In this document: positions 18,401 to 27,537 of the stretch, piece by piece | Layout of the letters: every line of letters starts with the position of its first letter | How positions within the stretch are numbered: the stretch's first letter is position 1 | IMG/VR virus record: IMGVR_UViG_3300028392_000003 | Span: 1-61,887 of that record | Source: a virus | Lineage: Duplodnaviria; Caudoviricetes | DNA length: 61,887 nt | Strand: one strand, 5' to 3' | Notes under the pieces: generated by a model | Told to the model about the DNA's origin: nothing | Database searches by the model: none | What the model saw: only the letters and a program-made list of their open reading frames with translations | Position numbers and translations under genes: made by a program

Positions 18401-19352
18401 TTTGATTCTCCAATATCAATACTTGTTCAGCATACTGCTTAGGGGTTAATTTGAATTTTTGTGCTAACGCTAACTGTGTTCTCGTTAACTCAATCTTTCT
18501 CTTGCCTGACGAACGCGTCGCAGGCGCAACCACGGAAGCAGGTTTTTTTGGAGCATCACCGGACCTTGGCTTGTCTTCGTTACCACCGAAAACTTCAGGG
18601 AACTTCGACTTCACGCGAGCATCAATTTGCTCGAAGTATTCATTTGACCGCGGGTCCATGCCCGAATTGACTAGTTTTTGATGCAGCCCTAGTGCAAAGC
18701 TGGTAACTTCTTCGAACCCATCGCTTCCAAACCACTGGTTTTTTGCTTGCCAGCGCAAGGTTTTTTCGTCCGGTTGAACGCGTTGGGGTTCTTGATAGCC
18801 CGTTTGTACCTCAAAATTTTCATCTTGTAAAGGGGTTGGACGAATATTTTTCGTCGTCTCCAACTTCATCTTGGCATCAAGCAGGGCTTCCTGTGCAGCA
18901 AGTATAGCATCAGAGTCAAATGCTTCTTGTGCCGCTTTGTATTCTCGGCGTGCTTTGTCCAACTCAGCTTCGGCAGCGGTTTTAGCCATCTGCGTGTACT
19001 GTTCGGAACCGGTGTTGACGTTTTGACGTAGCTTCTTGTTCTCGTCTAGCAAACGTTGTGCAAGAACTTCGAGTTCTTGTTTCTCACGCAAAGTAGCTTC
19101 TTTGGCTCTACGTTCGTCGTGACGAGCGTGTGTTAACTCCTTGATACGCTTTTGCGCACCTTGGGTATACGACTCGATCTCTTCCTCTGATGGGTCTTCA
19201 ACGTCCCTGTCTAGTGGTCGACGACCACGGTCTTGTTCAGGGGTATCGTCAATAACTTCAACTTCAATATCTTCGTCGTTACTTGTAACAACTTCAATAT
19301 CTATGTTTTTGTCTTCTACTTCATCAGGGAACTTAAATTGTTCTCCAGCCAT
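18393..19352 (-). CDS. Capsid scaffolding protein (putative)
   Basis: Acidic N-terminus, long coiled coil, W..KN.WFG, C-terminal helix; between portal and capsid. Confidence 0.7.
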   Translation of the reverse strand: MAGEQFKFPDEVEDKNIDIEVVTSNDEDIEVEVIDDTPEQDRGRRPLDRDVEDPSEEEIESYTQGAQKRIKELTHARHDERRAKEATLREKQELEVLAQRLLDENKKLRQNVNTGSEQYTQMAKTAAEAELDKARREYKAAQEAFDSDAILAAQEALLDAKMKLETTKNIRPTPLQDENFEVQTGYQEPQRVQPDEKTLRWQAKNQWFGSDGFEEVTSFALGLHQKLVNSGMDPRSNEYFEQIDARVKSKFPEVFGGNEDKPRSGDAPKKPASVVAPATRSSGKRKIELTRTQLALAQKFKLTPKQYAEQVLILENQNG

Positions 19353-19362
19353 ATCTGCTCCT

Positions 19363-19797
19363 TTAAGCGCGGGTTATCCCACGAGGGTCTTGCACAACAC
19401 AGTCCACTTGGTCATCGTTGATGACACGGAACTCCTTACCAAATATCTTTACACGCGTACCGGAGTACGTACGTACCAAGACGAAGTCGCCTTCTTGACA
19501 CCAAGGACCTGATGGGAACTTAGCGGTATCTTTGTACGCATCTGGTCCCATACGCATAACAAACAACACGGTTGTGCCGTGCTCTTCTTGGCGCATAGAA
19601 GCCGTATCTCGAATTAAATCGAGGTCTGTCCCAGCAATCTTCTCGTCTACGGGCGGAACCGCACATAAGAGTTTGTATCCTGTGGGAGTAGGAAGTGCTG
19701 AGGCTTTTGTTTCCTCTGACGCTTCCGGTTCTGGGGCATCCATTTGTTGGATGGTAGGCGGCACTAATATGCCGGGGGGTAGGAGTAGTTCACTCAT
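19363..19797 (-). CDS. groES: GroES-like co-chaperonin
   Basis: PTGYKLL..GPDAY..GDFVLV..YSGT..GKEFRVINDDQV. Confidence 0.8.
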   Translation of the reverse strand: MSELLLPPGILVPPTIQQMDAPEPEASEETKASALPTPTGYKLLCAVPPVDEKIAGTDLDLIRDTASMRQEEHGTTVLFVMRMGPDAYKDTAKFPSGPWCQEGDFVLVRTYSGTRVKIFGKEFRVINDDQVDCVVQDPRGITRA

Positions 19798-19984
19798 CTA
19801 TGTCTTCAACTTTCTTTGCAAGGTCGAGTAAGTAACCCTCTGCGATGGCTAGACCATGAATCACCCCACAGAGTTTTTGATATTGTTCAAACGACTGGCA
19901 AGTACCTGCGGCTAGGTCATCTGCGTAGTTGTTCATATCAGTACGTATTTTTTCGCGCAATACGCGTGCGAAGTCTTGGATCAT
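19790..19984 (-). CDS. Hypothetical protein
   Basis: Y..LCGVIHGL helical protein between portal and GroES. Confidence 0.7.
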   Translation of the reverse strand: MIQDFARVLREKIRTDMNNYADDLAAGTCQSFEQYQKLCGVIHGLAIAEGYLLDLAKKVEDIDE

Positions 19985-22452
19985 TTGTTAGTTTTACCCC
20001 TAGTTTGGTTTTGCATTTCTGCCCTGTGTTTGGCTACATCTATTCCTAAACGTAGCCCCTCTTGCTCTTGTTGCGCCGCTTGTTTGGCTTGGCTGTCTTT
20101 AATTTGTGCGCCAACTTTCAAGCCTGCGATTTGCTGTTCTCCGCTTACTTTCTTCTCATCTAACATGAGGCGTGCTTGTGCAAGCTGTGCGTCAGCTTGG
20201 GCTTTTTGCGCTTTAATTTGCACTTCTTGTTGTCTGACCTGCAACTCTTGTTGTTGCATTTGTAGCACTGGGTCTTGTGCATTTTGTTGGGCTTGCATCT
20301 GTGCGGCTTGGCCTTGGCTTTGCTGAAGCACTTGTTGTGCGGCTTGCGCCATCATGCCTGACAAGGCCAACTCAATCTCTGGTGGCAACTTCTCGTCTTC
20401 TGGGGGCAGTGGCATACCCAACTGCTGCTCGATCTTTTGGCGGTATGCGTAACCAACGTGCTCCGTAACGTGCGCCATGATAGCGGCTTGGATTCTTGCG
20501 GCGTTTGGACTTTGTCCTACCAACTGTTGCACGATCGGGTCTTGTAACAGGGACATGTGCACTTTAATATGCGCCTCATGGTCTTGGAACAAGAACGCTT
20601 TAGCCGCACTACCTTTTAACAACGCCATGTTTTCGGACACGGGGTCTTTGGGCTTCTCGTCGTCTGGCAGTGGTATTAACTTATCTGGGTTTTTAATGCC
20701 CAGAACCTCAAGCATCCTGCGATGTAACTGCGGTAAGTCATAAATGTCCGGAGCCATCTGCGCCATCTGAATGACCGCTTGGTACTGCACAACCCGCTGG
20801 CTCATAGTTGCCGCGTTGGGGTCGCTCACAGGAATAATGTCTACGTACGAATAGTCGCCTTGTTTAGCAGAGCGGCTACCAGAGTCTGGGTCATAGTCGT
20901 AGTCTGGGTCGGTATTGTCGCGGATGATGGTTGCAAGGAGCCCTAGTTCTTGTTTGAATGTGTAGTGCAAACGGGCTTGAACAGCCGTCATCACCTTTAG
21001 CTGGCGCTCTAGGAGAGCCAACGTGGTGCCCACAGGAGCCTGTGCCGACATGTCGGACACTTTCATATCCGCTGTAGCCGCAAAGCGCCGGCCTTCTTCC
21101 ACGATTTTGTCGAGGAGTCCAGCCAGTACCGCCGACGGTTCCTTATAGGGAAGGGGGAGGATATTCTCGCGCAGTGCGCCTGAACCAATATCTACATCGC
21201 GGAACTCGCCGGGGGCGATCGGTGTGTCATCACCCTTAATGCGAAGTCCACGAGATTTAAGCCCACCGGGGAGGTTAGACAACGTGCCTGCGTCAACCAA
21301 CTGCCGCATGATGCTTGTGGCTGATTTAGCAAACCCACCGATAAGGTGGAAGAGTCCGAAGCCGTAGGCTCCAAAGCCGGGAATGTATTGGTAGTGCACA
21401 AAGTGCTGGCGCTTGAGTCGTAGGTCATCTTCTTGTTTCCAATTGCGTCGGATGGCTAGTACTTCGTTTGTGCCTTTTATTAGGGTAACTACGTATGGTA
21501 GTGCTATGCCCGTTTCTTCCCCGTCTTCATCTTTGTCTTCGTACCCCTTGATATCCAAGTCAGCATGCACTTCATACAACACATAACGGTCGTCGTTTAA
21601 GTCAGAAAATCCCGTTTCTTTATCTTTGGCTTTTTTGATGTCGTCTTGCGAAGCCTGCATGGGGTCAGGCAAATCCATTTCGCGGTAGAACCCGACTTGT
21701 TGCAGTTTTAATATTTCGTTTTTGGTCTTACGCATGACGTGCGTCACGCGGTAGCAACTATCCATATCTGTCGCGCCATACGGCAAGATGATGTCTTCTG
21801 CTGGGATAAACATCGAGACCTGACGTCCCAAGTTGGGATCATCGTAGACCTTCTTAAAGGCTGAACCTGTGGCTGGCAAACTCCACAACATGCGTTCTTG
21901 TTCTGGGCGGAACTCCTTCATGACCTCAGTCAGTTCGTAGTTCATGTCGTTTTCAACACGTTGCGCGGCTTCTTTTTTCTCTGGCGTTTCTTTACCAATA
22001 ATTTTGGTACGTACCGGTCCCTGCGCAGGGAACATCTCCGTGATTGTCTCGCTCTGGAAGCGTACCACAGCTTCTGTAATCATTGGATGGAACACGCCTG
22101 ACGCGCCGTTCCAAGGTTCTGTACGCTCTTCATACTGGAGGCCAAGCAACTTCAAGCCCTGTGTGTAGGCTTTCTCCCAGTCCTTGCGGGAGTTCTTGTC
22201 GTTTTCAATATCGCCAACCAACTCGCTAGCAAACGAATCCATCGCGCTCTCATCCATCTCTTCCGCCAAGTTAGCGTTAAAGTCTTCTCCATCTTCCTCG
22301 CCCGGCTTAATGCTGATGTCCAGATCACCTGCATGGATGTTGACTTCTTCGGGATCAATGATCTCAATCTCGAAATCATTTGGCTGGTCTTGCGCTAAGT
22401 CTTCAATGCCTTGGGGTTGTGTGTATAGCGCTTTGTCGATATTGGTTGCCAT
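19981..22452 (-). CDS. Portal protein (P22-like)
   Basis: 823 aa following terL; HPMITEAVVRFQ, GSAFKKVY, Q-rich C-terminal helical barrel. Confidence 0.85.
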   Translation of the reverse strand: MATNIDKALYTQPQGIEDLAQDQPNDFEIEIIDPEEVNIHAGDLDISIKPGEEDGEDFNANLAEEMDESAMDSFASELVGDIENDKNSRKDWEKAYTQGLKLLGLQYEERTEPWNGASGVFHPMITEAVVRFQSETITEMFPAQGPVRTKIIGKETPEKKEAAQRVENDMNYELTEVMKEFRPEQERMLWSLPATGSAFKKVYDDPNLGRQVSMFIPAEDIILPYGATDMDSCYRVTHVMRKTKNEILKLQQVGFYREMDLPDPMQASQDDIKKAKDKETGFSDLNDDRYVLYEVHADLDIKGYEDKDEDGEETGIALPYVVTLIKGTNEVLAIRRNWKQEDDLRLKRQHFVHYQYIPGFGAYGFGLFHLIGGFAKSATSIMRQLVDAGTLSNLPGGLKSRGLRIKGDDTPIAPGEFRDVDIGSGALRENILPLPYKEPSAVLAGLLDKIVEEGRRFAATADMKVSDMSAQAPVGTTLALLERQLKVMTAVQARLHYTFKQELGLLATIIRDNTDPDYDYDPDSGSRSAKQGDYSYVDIIPVSDPNAATMSQRVVQYQAVIQMAQMAPDIYDLPQLHRRMLEVLGIKNPDKLIPLPDDEKPKDPVSENMALLKGSAAKAFLFQDHEAHIKVHMSLLQDPIVQQLVGQSPNAARIQAAIMAHVTEHVGYAYRQKIEQQLGMPLPPEDEKLPPEIELALSGMMAQAAQQVLQQSQGQAAQMQAQQNAQDPVLQMQQQELQVRQQEVQIKAQKAQADAQLAQARLMLDEKKVSGEQQIAGLKVGAQIKDSQAKQAAQQEQEGLRLGIDVAKHRAEMQNQTRGKTNK

Positions 22453-22460
22453 GTTGGTCC

Positions 22461-23996
22461 TCAGTAGTAAGCGTGTTGCTTACGTTTAAAAATTATTGGT
22501 TCATCTTTCTCGTCTGTGTCTAACGATATGAACCCGCCTTGTCTGAACCGCATCAGTGCTTGGGATGTAGTATCCACGAAGTCGTCATGCTCTCCAACTG
22601 GGAACGCCGCAACTTCCTCAATCACTTCACGCGCCCAGCGCGTATCCGGTGCCCATACCATGCCTGACGCAAATAAATCCGCAATCGCGTTCAATCGTAC
22701 CATTTTGTCGTTGCCACGGCTAGGGTTTGTCTCCCACGCAGGGATACCCATCGCTCTAAACTCTTGTATAAGTGGCGCTCCCGCAGACTTCTTCTCCACA
22801 ATAAACGCATCAGGCTCCCATTCTCTGTAATGCTTGAGCGCTGTAGCCTTTAACTCTGGGAATGTCATCCTGTCTTTAAACGCATCGAGCAAAATAATCT
22901 GCGCTTTGTGCCCTTCTTCCTCGTTGTAGAACACCCCCCACGTTGTGCATGCCGAATAGTCCGAGTTTGTCTTGACTTCGTGCGCCGTATCCCATGACTG
23001 AATTACATAATCACATACTGGCGGCTCATCTGACTCCCATATACGCCACATTTTGCGAGAAATAACCGCGCTGTTGTCCGAAGTGGGCTGCTGCATGTAC
23101 TGCGCGTTCCAATATCGGGGGTCAATACTGGCTTTGGTAGCCTTTAACGCTTGGAGTGCCCATTGTTCTGGCCATAACGACTTCTCGTTGTCCGTGCCCT
23201 CGTTCAATATGGCGGGTAACTCAACGATTTCCCACGGTACGGACTCAGGATTCTTAGTCTGGTAGTCAATTAGGCGTCCTGTAAGGTCAAGAAGCGACCA
23301 ACGGGTCATGATTACGATGATTGCACCACCTGGCATCAAACGCTGCAAAGGGCCTGTTTGAAACCAAGACCAAGCTGTGTCAAATGCTAGACGGCTGTTT
23401 ACTTTAACGTCTTGTTCCGAATGCGGGTCATCAATAACGAATAGATCAGCGCCGCGCCCAGCAAGCGCTCCGCCGACACCTGCCGCGTAGTACTGTCCGC
23501 CGGCAGAGGTAGACCATTTTCCAGCGGCTTTTTGGTCGTCAGCCACATGCGTTGAGGGGAAGATTTCACGATACTCCTCCGTGTCGATCAAGTTACGAAC
23601 TCTACGTCCAAAGTCTTCAGACAAACCTGCGGTGTGCGTACCCATGATAATCTTCTTATTAGGGTATTTACCTAGGAAGTATGCTGGAAACAAGTAACTA
23701 GAGAACTCAGACTTACCCATACGCGGTGCAATATTAATAATCACACGCTTTTTCTTGCCTTCAATCACATCTTCAAATATTTTGGCTAACTTCTTGTGTT
23801 GCGGTCCAACCTTAAAGCCCGGATACACATGCTTGGCAAAATCTAATATGTCTTCTCTGGCGTTATAGAGAGAGGAGCGGCGTTCGCGCTCCTCAAGCAT
23901 GTCCATAAGCTCAATCTTTTCCTGCACTGTCATGTTAGGCAGCGCTAGTTGGAGTGCTTTTATTTCACTCGGGCTTAGGTTCAGCTTGGCTGTCAT
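22461..23996 (-). CDS. terL: Terminase large subunit
   Basis: Walker A APRMGKS, Walker B VIDDP, YMQQP, nuclease SWDTA and HDDFVD. Confidence 0.95.
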   Translation of the reverse strand: MTAKLNLSPSEIKALQLALPNMTVQEKIELMDMLEERERRSSLYNAREDILDFAKHVYPGFKVGPQHKKLAKIFEDVIEGKKKRVIINIAPRMGKSEFSSYLFPAYFLGKYPNKKIIMGTHTAGLSEDFGRRVRNLIDTEEYREIFPSTHVADDQKAAGKWSTSAGGQYYAAGVGGALAGRGADLFVIDDPHSEQDVKVNSRLAFDTAWSWFQTGPLQRLMPGGAIIVIMTRWSLLDLTGRLIDYQTKNPESVPWEIVELPAILNEGTDNEKSLWPEQWALQALKATKASIDPRYWNAQYMQQPTSDNSAVISRKMWRIWESDEPPVCDYVIQSWDTAHEVKTNSDYSACTTWGVFYNEEEGHKAQIILLDAFKDRMTFPELKATALKHYREWEPDAFIVEKKSAGAPLIQEFRAMGIPAWETNPSRGNDKMVRLNAIADLFASGMVWAPDTRWAREVIEEVAAFPVGEHDDFVDTTSQALMRFRQGGFISLDTDEKDEPIIFKRKQHAYY

Positions 23997-24591
23997 GCGT
24001 ATTTACTTCATCCACTTGCTTTACATCTTCGACCTGCTTTACATCTTCTACGTCGACTACTCCCATGAACTTGTTTAGCTTTTCCTTGATCTTTTTGTCA
24101 ATCTCTGAGTCTGACATGTCCGCCTTCTTAATCTCCACCCGTTCCGTAAACAGTGCCACTTCCGTGATGCGTCCCAGCATGTCTAATGCTTTAAGTCTCA
24201 CTCTGGCGTCTGGGTGATTTGTCTCCTCCAGAATTTTGGCTACCGCCATACCGCGTAAATGTTTAGCTTGTTCAACAAACTCCCAGTCATACGCAGCCAG
24301 CATCGCTACTAAATGCCTTACTGCCTCTGGGGTCTTTATTTGGGTGAGTTGGTGTTTTGTTTCTGCAACAGGCGTATTAGTTGAAAGTGCAGTAAATACT
24401 TTTTGCGCTGCTTTGGCGTTGGCTTCCTTGAGCGCCTTGTCATCGTCGTCTACGCCTAGCTTCTCTAGCCATGCCGTGGTATTTACTTGGGCATTGAGTG
24501 TTTGCTCCGGAGAAACTTTATCCAGAGGGATGGCCGCCTTCGCCTTGTGCTCTTGCACAGGGGGTTCAAAATCAATCAAATGTTCGAGCAT
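23965..24591 (-). CDS. terS: Terminase small subunit (putative)
   Basis: Upstream of terL; RLKALDMLGR...LFTER helical motif. Confidence 0.65.
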   Translation of the reverse strand: MLEHLIDFEPPVQEHKAKAAIPLDKVSPEQTLNAQVNTTAWLEKLGVDDDDKALKEANAKAAQKVFTALSTNTPVAETKHQLTQIKTPEAVRHLVAMLAAYDWEFVEQAKHLRGMAVAKILEETNHPDARVRLKALDMLGRITEVALFTERVEIKKADMSDSEIDKKIKEKLNKFMGVVDVEDVKQVEDVKQVDEVNTHDSQAEPKPE

Positions 24592-24612
24592 TTACACCTA
24601 AAGGTTTGCGGG

Positions 24613-24641
24613 TTGCGTTCCCGATTGGGCTGAAGTATACT
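24613..24641 (+). promoter_or_regulatory. Sigma70 promoter for small RNA; palindromic -10 may also serve the leftward late promoter
   Basis: TTGCGT-17-TATACT on plus; TTGCAC-16-TATACT on minus (24661-24634). Confidence 0.6.
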
Positions 24642-24647
24642 ACTTTC

Positions 24648-24735
24648 TAGTAGGTGTGCAAGCAGTTGCGCATTTGCTTCTCCTGATGGATGAAACCATC
24701 TTAAGCCCCCTGTGGAAACACCGGGGGCTTTTTTT
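24648..24735 (+). ncRNA. Candidate anti-Shine-Dalgarno small RNA
   Basis: Promoter, 12-bp GU-rich hairpin, unpaired UUCUCCU, 5-bp hairpin, intrinsic terminator; complementary to early-gene RBSs. Confidence 0.65.
24703..24735 (+). terminator. Rho-independent terminator
   Basis: AAGCCCCC...GGGGGCTT stem running into a 7-nt T-run. Confidence 0.8.
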
Positions 24736-24744
24736 ATCTAGGGG

Positions 24745-24760
24745 TGTCTAGAGTTAGACA
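24745..24760. promoter_or_regulatory. Palindromic operator TGTCTA-GAGT-TAGACA (copy 1 of 3)
   Basis: Related sites at 33143-33158 and 41423-41438. Confidence 0.55.
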
Positions 24761-24945
24761 GGGTATTGCTGGATTTTTTATAAAATTTATGGGGTGCGGT
24801 ATTTAGTACTACAGAAAAGTGAAATGTGGTTACGAAACAGTGTTCATGTCCATGCCAATGACGGCATCGTATAAGGGGTGATGGGGGTAGGGTGGGGTCT
24901 AAAGGATACAGATTGTGTCCCTGAGTAATACCAAATACTCCGTCA

Positions 24946-24954
24946 TGCTATAAT
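24946..24954 (+). promoter_or_regulatory. Extended -10 early promoter
   Basis: TGcTATAAT ~90 nt upstream of first early gene. Confidence 0.6.
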
Positions 24955-25045
24955 CGGTGCATCGGTTGGGGATTCGCTCTAGCCGATAGATGGGGAGGTT
25001 TCTCCCCATTTGTATTTCTATCATTCATTCAATCAGGAGTTAATC

Positions 25046-25504
25046 ATGCTAGTTTCACACAATACTTTTTTCCACAAACTCGGTGGCTCTGACCGCCTTA
25101 CGCTCGAAGCGAGCAAGCCTTTGCACGATGCCTACACCAAGGCTACGCCCGAACAACAAAAGGACTTGTTCTCTCGTGCCGTGTTCAACTACACGCTTGG
25201 CAACATGGGCTTTGATGAGACTGATGCCAAGGGTATCAAGACTGTCGAGGGCATCATCGCCAAGACACGCACAGCACGCACCAAGGAGCAAGAACGCATT
25301 GTCAACAGTGCGGGTCAAAAGGCACGCTATCACTTGGTCAATCGTGGCAAGCCGATGCCCGCTAAGAAAGCATCGAGTGGCAAGCAACACTTCACAGTCG
25401 AGCAACGCCACGCCGTTGACAACGCTTTGGCTTCCTTTGAAGCCGAGACACTTGCGGAGCAAGTCAAGATGCTTCGTGCTTACTTGGCTACTTTGGAAGT
25501 TTGA
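25046..25504 (+). CDS. First early gene, hypothetical protein
   Basis: ATCAGGAG RBS before ATG 25046. Confidence 0.75.
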   Translation: MLVSHNTFFHKLGGSDRLTLEASKPLHDAYTKATPEQQKDLFSRAVFNYTLGNMGFDETDAKGIKTVEGIIAKTRTARTKEQERIVNSAGQKARYHLVNRGKPMPAKKASSGKQHFTVEQRHAVDNALASFEAETLAEQVKMLRAYLATLEV

Positions 25505-25593
25505 TTGGGGAGATTTCTCCCCGATTGTTCATGGCGGTGCGGGCGCGAGTCTTCACCGCCGTTTCTTTTTGTGTCTAACCTTTGGAGTTCATC

Positions 25594-25737
25594 ATGTATT
25601 ACAAAAGCAAAGTCTTGCGCCTTGGCGCATTTTGGAAGGTTCAAATCCACTTCTTGGGTAACTGGGAAACCATGCCCGACAACTTCTGCACTCGTGCCGA
25701 AGCCCGCAACGCTCAACAATACTGGAGAAACAAATGA
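25594..25737 (+). CDS. Small early protein, 47 aa
   Basis: GGAG RBS; MYYKSKVLRLGAFWKVQ...; not in track. Confidence 0.55.
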   Translation: MYYKSKVLRLGAFWKVQIHFLGNWETMPDNFCTRAEARNAQQYWRNK

Positions 25738-25847
25738 AACTACGCCACATCAAACGCACTCTAAACACACGCCCTGTCTCTGTTTGGGAATGGGCAAGCA
25801 CTTACTACTCTCTGCGCTTCGAGCGCAAGATGTATCGTCTTCGGTAG
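25734..25847 (+). CDS. Small early protein, 37 aa
   Basis: GGAGAAACAAATG, ATGA overlap. Confidence 0.5.
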   Translation: MKLRHIKRTLNTRPVSVWEWASTYYSLRFERKMYRLR

Positions 25848-25913
25848 GAGATTCTGCAAGCCTAGCGTGCTAGGTTTGCGGGGCAATCTTGCCCTTTTCA
25901 TCAGGAGAAAATC

Positions 25914-26093
25914 ATGAAAGCAGCAGTCATCATCTCTCACATGGCACTGGCGCAAATGCTCGTGCTATCCACTCTCGTGGGCATCTTTGCACTACAAGAC
26001 CAAGGCGGGTATCTCTCCATGTTCTTGTGTGTCGCTTCACCCTTTGTTCTCGGTCTTCAAATCATGTTCATCGTCAGTTCATTCAAGGAGTAA
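25914..26093 (+). CDS. Small two-TM membrane protein, 59 aa
   Basis: CATCAGGAG RBS; two hydrophobic helices; not in track. Confidence 0.6.
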   Translation: MKAAVIISHMALAQMLVLSTLVGIFALQDQGGYLSMFLCVASPFVLGLQIMFIVSSFKE

Positions 26094-26098
26094 TCATC

Positions 26099-26332
26099 AT
26101 GCGTAAATTCCAACAACTCAAGACAGTAGCCAACATTCCTACACCCAAGGGCACACTCGTAGTCCAAGACTACTACCCAAGCAAGCCACACGATAAGAAG
26201 TGGCGTGAGTATGTCCTCCACTGTGCTGGCTTCATAGGTGGCAAGGGCTTAGTCTTCACAAGCGAAGACGCACGCAACAAATGGGTAGCCCAACAAGGCG
26301 TAAGCATGGTTCAACAGCCCCTTGCTTGGTAA
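26099..26332 (+). CDS. Small early protein
   Basis: AAGGAG RBS before MRKFQQL. Confidence 0.65.
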   Translation: MRKFQQLKTVANIPTPKGTLVVQDYYPSKPHDKKWREYVLHCAGFIGGKGLVFTSEDARNKWVAQQGVSMVQQPLAW

Positions 26333-26367
26333 ATATCGGGGAGATTCCTCCCCATTTGTTATTTCTA

Positions 26368-26702
26368 CTGCGAAATTACATTTAAAAAAATACCTATCCG
26401 TAATTTCGCACACTATCCAAAAGTTCGGACACCGAATTCGTGGCGTCAATGCTGGCGTTCCGACAAAACCGTCCTATATATATATCTATTTATTTATTTA
26501 TATATATAAGGAGGGGAGTATTTATATATGTGCATATTTTCTTGCTTGTAATTTCGCAGGTTTTTATACACCTTTGTATGCTTTGGTTAGTGTCTCCACA
26601 ATTTTGGATAGATACCACGGACACTTTTGCTCCATCGTCAAGGCTCATGCGGGCTACCGAGTGTCGCAACTCTTGGATAGTGTAAGAAATAACGGATAGG
26701 TA
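26368..26702. other. Putative replication origin: AT-rich core bracketed by 42-bp inverted repeats
   Basis: 26391-26432 vs 26661-26702 match at 36/42 as inverted repeats; (TA)n core ~26475-26530; TAATTTCGCA x3. Confidence 0.5.
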
Positions 26703-26735
26703 GGATATAATTTCTAATTTCTCTGGAGAAATAAC

Positions 26736-27431
26736 ATGACTTTCGCATACCCCAAATACATAAAACTCACGCTCAATCAAGTGATGACAGATTTATCAAC
26801 GCAAGACCTACCATCACACATCAAACAAGAAATCATCGAAAGCGTGAGAAATGAGAAGCAACGCTTGCGCTCCATCAAGTCGCAGAAGAATCAGCACACA
26901 CGCCTTTGGGCAGAACTACGCCAACCCCTTGAATACGAAATGCGTTTGGTTCGGCGAATGGTTGCCTACAAAAATGGCGAAACCCTGAGAAATGATGCGC
27001 TCAATGGGTATCTTTTGGTGCTTGGGAAATTACACGAGCGACTACACAAACTGTCGCAAGATGGCGCAACCATGCCAAGTGAGGTAGCCAAGGACAAGCA
27101 GTATCCCAACAATGGTGTGCATTGGTCTGACTGGGTTAAGCGTGAGGTCAAAGATGCCGTGCTCGAACTGTTCGATGCGATACCCAAACAAGGGCAGAAG
27201 GTGAAAGTCCCATTCGAGCGCAAGATACCCAAGGCACTACACGCACAACTCAAGTCAAGGCTTAGACAACGCACCGAGAAGGAACTTGTCAACGAGCAAC
27301 GCAAGCAAACAGTGGACTACACCGAGGGGCGGGCGTCCACCATCACCAAGATAACGCAAGCCCTCGCATGGGTAGACGCTAGTGCGGAGGGCGAAGCCTT
27401 GCCAACAACATGGCATGGCTTCTTTAAATGA
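26736..27431 (+). CDS. Hypothetical early protein
   Basis: 231-aa ORF, GGAG RBS. Confidence 0.75.
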   Translation: MTFAYPKYIKLTLNQVMTDLSTQDLPSHIKQEIIESVRNEKQRLRSIKSQKNQHTRLWAELRQPLEYEMRLVRRMVAYKNGETLRNDALNGYLLVLGKLHERLHKLSQDGATMPSEVAKDKQYPNNGVHWSDWVKREVKDAVLELFDAIPKQGQKVKVPFERKIPKALHAQLKSRLRQRTEKELVNEQRKQTVDYTEGRASTITKITQALAWVDASAEGEALPTTWHGFFK

Positions 27432-27537
27432 CCAATGTTTGTAGATTTCGGGGAGATTTCTCCCCAAAAGTGTTCGGCAGTTTCGTTGGGCTATGCCGTG
27501 CACCATCCCGTTAGTAGCCCACATCAGGAGAAATGAA

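Noticed and set aside
24005-24056. 18-bp tandem repeat at the terS C-terminus and 21-bp-period duplication at 34047-34085
   Set aside because: Short in-frame slippage duplications in probably disordered segments; no sign of a system.
24961-24987. tRNA or other RNA gene at the hairpin ATCGGTTGGG...CTAGCCGAT
   Set aside because: Single stem-loop at the 5' end of the early transcript with no cloverleaf or T-loop consensus.
26322-26780. ORFs across the AT-rich element
   Set aside because: Low-complexity YIYI translations of TA repeats with no RBS; better explained as non-coding.
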